From an uncultured Gammaproteobacteria bacterium (GTDB taxonomy: Bacteria; Patescibacteriota; Patescibacteriia; Patescibacteriales; GWC2-42-12), in the NCBI GenBank assembly GCA_964560005.1, contig CAZLKB010000002.1, positions 381 through 64,380 of the forward strand: a stretch of DNA of 64,000 nucleotides, in the 5' to 3' direction. Both the position numbers and the translations under genes were made by a program. Numbering within the stretch: the first letter of the stretch is position 1; each line of letters starts with the position of its first letter. Shown one piece after another: positions 62,589-64,000 of the stretch. Under the pieces are notes generated by a model, which saw only the letters and a list, made by a program, of their open reading frames with translations, made no database searches and was not told where the DNA came from.

Positions 62589-62810
62589 ATGATTAAGAAA
62601 AATATTAAAGTAATTTTTGAAAATGGCGATAACAAGAGAACCGAAGAAATGATTGGCGGTATACCTTTATCAAAGGGTGAAATTCTACATATTCACGAGG
62701 GCAATAAAGTGGTTCAATATGAAGTTGTCGATAAAATGGTTGATATTTTTCTTAATAATGATGACGAAATTGTTAATATCACTTACATAATTAAGAAAAA
62801 ATCTCTTTAA
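62589..62810 (+). CDS. hypothetical protein (73 aa)
   Basis: ORF only. Confidence 0.35.
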   Translation: MIKKNIKVIFENGDNKRTEEMIGGIPLSKGEILHIHEGNKVVQYEVVDKMVDIFLNNDDEIVNITYIIKKKSL

Positions 62811-62851
62811 CTTTCGTCTTGGACATGTTCCAAGGCGGTAAGCGTAAAATC

Positions 62852-63787
62852 ATGAAAACAATCTTAGTGACCGGCGGTGCAGGCTTTATCGGTTCTCACC
62901 TATGCGCGAGGCTGCTTCAGTCTAAAAATAAAGTAATTTGTCTGGATAATTTTTTCACCGGCAATAAAAAAAATATTGAGCATCTGCTGAAAAACAAGGG
63001 TTTTTGTTTAGTTGAACACGATATAATCGAGCCGTATTTTATTGAAGAAAAGATTGATCAAATATTTAATTTAGCCTGCCCGGCTTCGCCGGTGCATTAT
63101 CAGTTTGATGCCATCAGAACGGTTAAAGCCAATACCATCGGCGTTATTAATATACTGGGATTAGCCAAAAAGCATCAAGCCACGATTTTACAAGCTTCCA
63201 CCTCCGAGGTTTACGGCGACCCTCTAGTGCATCCGCAGACCGAAGATTATTGGGGCAATGTCAATTGCATCGGCCGAAGATCATGCTATGACGAGGGCAA
63301 GAGATGCGCTGAAACTTTATTTTTTGATTACCAGAGACAAAATAATCTTGATATTAAAGTGGTCAGGATTTTTAATACTTATGGCCCGAATATGGCGGTG
63401 AACGACGGCCGGGTAGTGTCTAATTTTATCGTTCAGGCGCTTAAAGGCGAAGACGTTACCATCAGCGGCGACGGGAGGCAAACCAGAAGTTTTTGTTATG
63501 TTGATGATTTAGTCAAAGGCTTAATCGCCATGATGGAAAAAGAAAAGTTTAACGGTCCGGTAAATTTAGGCAACCCCGGAGAATTTACCATTAAGCAGTT
63601 GGCGGAAAAAGTTATAGAAATGACCGGAAGCCTAAGCAAAATTATTTATATAAAATTGCCGTCAGATGATCCGGTTAAAAGGAAACCCGACATAACCATA
63701 GCTAAAGAAAAGTTAGGCTGGCAGCCGAAAGTTGAGTTGGAAGAAGGCCTTAAGAAAACTATAGAGTATTTTAAACAAGTTATTTAA
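62852..63787 (+). CDS. UDP-glucuronate decarboxylase (UDP-xylose synthase)
   Basis: [38 protein letters not shown] and RIFNTYGP motifs. Confidence 0.87.
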   Translation: MKTILVTGGAGFIGSHLCARLLQSKNKVICLDNFFTGNKKNIEHLLKNKGFCLVEHDIIEPYFIEEKIDQIFNLACPASPVHYQFDAIRTVKANTIGVINILGLAKKHQATILQASTSEVYGDPLVHPQTEDYWGNVNCIGRRSCYDEGKRCAETLFFDYQRQNNLDIKVVRIFNTYGPNMAVNDGRVVSNFIVQALKGEDVTISGDGRQTRSFCYVDDLVKGLIAMMEKEKFNGPVNLGNPGEFTIKQLAEKVIEMTGSLSKIIYIKLPSDDPVKRKPDITIAKEKLGWQPKVELEEGLKKTIEYFKQVI

Positions 63788-63816
63788 AAGAGTTTTTTTG
63801 ATATTTCTAAAGGTGA

Positions 63817-63963
63817 AATTTCTTGTGCAGAGTATTTATTTTTCACTCAAGATGAAATTTGGGTATTTTTTCTTAAAATTGTGATAAATTGGGCATGGAT
63901 AATTTTAAGAAAAAATAATACAATTTCATATTCGCTCAAAATAAATACCCTGCACAAGAAATT
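63817..63963. repeat. conserved-core / variable-stem hairpin element, copy D
   Basis: outer stem aatttcttgtgcagagtatttatt / aataaataccctgcacaagaaatt; core tttttcactcaagatgaaatttgggtatttttt ... aataatacaatttcatattcgctcaaaat. Confidence 0.85.
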
Positions 63964-64000
63964 AAACCAGGCATAAAATTATCTAAAAAGTTGCGGGTTG

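Overview
Gene-dense, low-GC bacterial fragment, almost all on the + strand. It most resembles a Candidate Phyla Radiation / Patescibacteria-type genome. That placement is inference, based on a str-S10-spc ribosomal supercluster with no uL30, many r-proteins with Lys/Ala-rich extensions, DUF5667/DUF5671-like and PA14 surface proteins, and very little metabolism.

Contents in order:
- ComEC-type MBL hydrolase, orphan response regulator, ndk.
- A visibly more GC-rich block with citramalate synthase and two small ORFs, next to tRNA-Pro.
- AI-2E transporter, membrane spermidine-synthase-like protein, rpmB (minus strand, hand-called), M50 protease.
- The contiguous cluster rpsL-rpsG-fusA-(tRNA)-tuf-rpsJ-rplCDWB-rpsS-rplV-rpsC-rplP-rpmC-rpsQ-rplNXE-rpsN-rpsH-rplFR-rpsE-rplO-secY-adk-map.
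- ruvX, recO, aspS, asnS, ybaK-like, scpAB, a D,D-carboxypeptidase, tpiA, fba.
- tRNA-Thr / degenerate tRNA copy / tRNA-Tyr, rubrerythrin, desulfoferrodoxin, rpmG (hand-called), tRNA-Trp, hup.
- A cell-envelope region: HTH regulator, sigma factor plus anti-sigma-like protein, a 1230-aa secreted surface protein, a PA14 protein, an O-antigen-ligase/TPR protein, a GT4 glycosyltransferase and a UDP-xylose-type sugar nucleotide module.

The most unusual property is non-coding:
- Almost every intergenic gap, including nearly every junction inside the ribosomal operons, is filled by an 80-170 bp imperfect palindrome built from short oligonucleotide motifs. These fall into several dispersed families.
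- Small GC-rich hairpin repeats occur between genes and, in frame, inside genes.
- One four-copy element has a conserved core and copy-specific but always self-complementary stems.

No CRISPR array, transposase, integrase or recognisable defence system was seen. Hand-derived coordinates may be off by 1-2 nt. No GC values, folding energies or database searches were computed.
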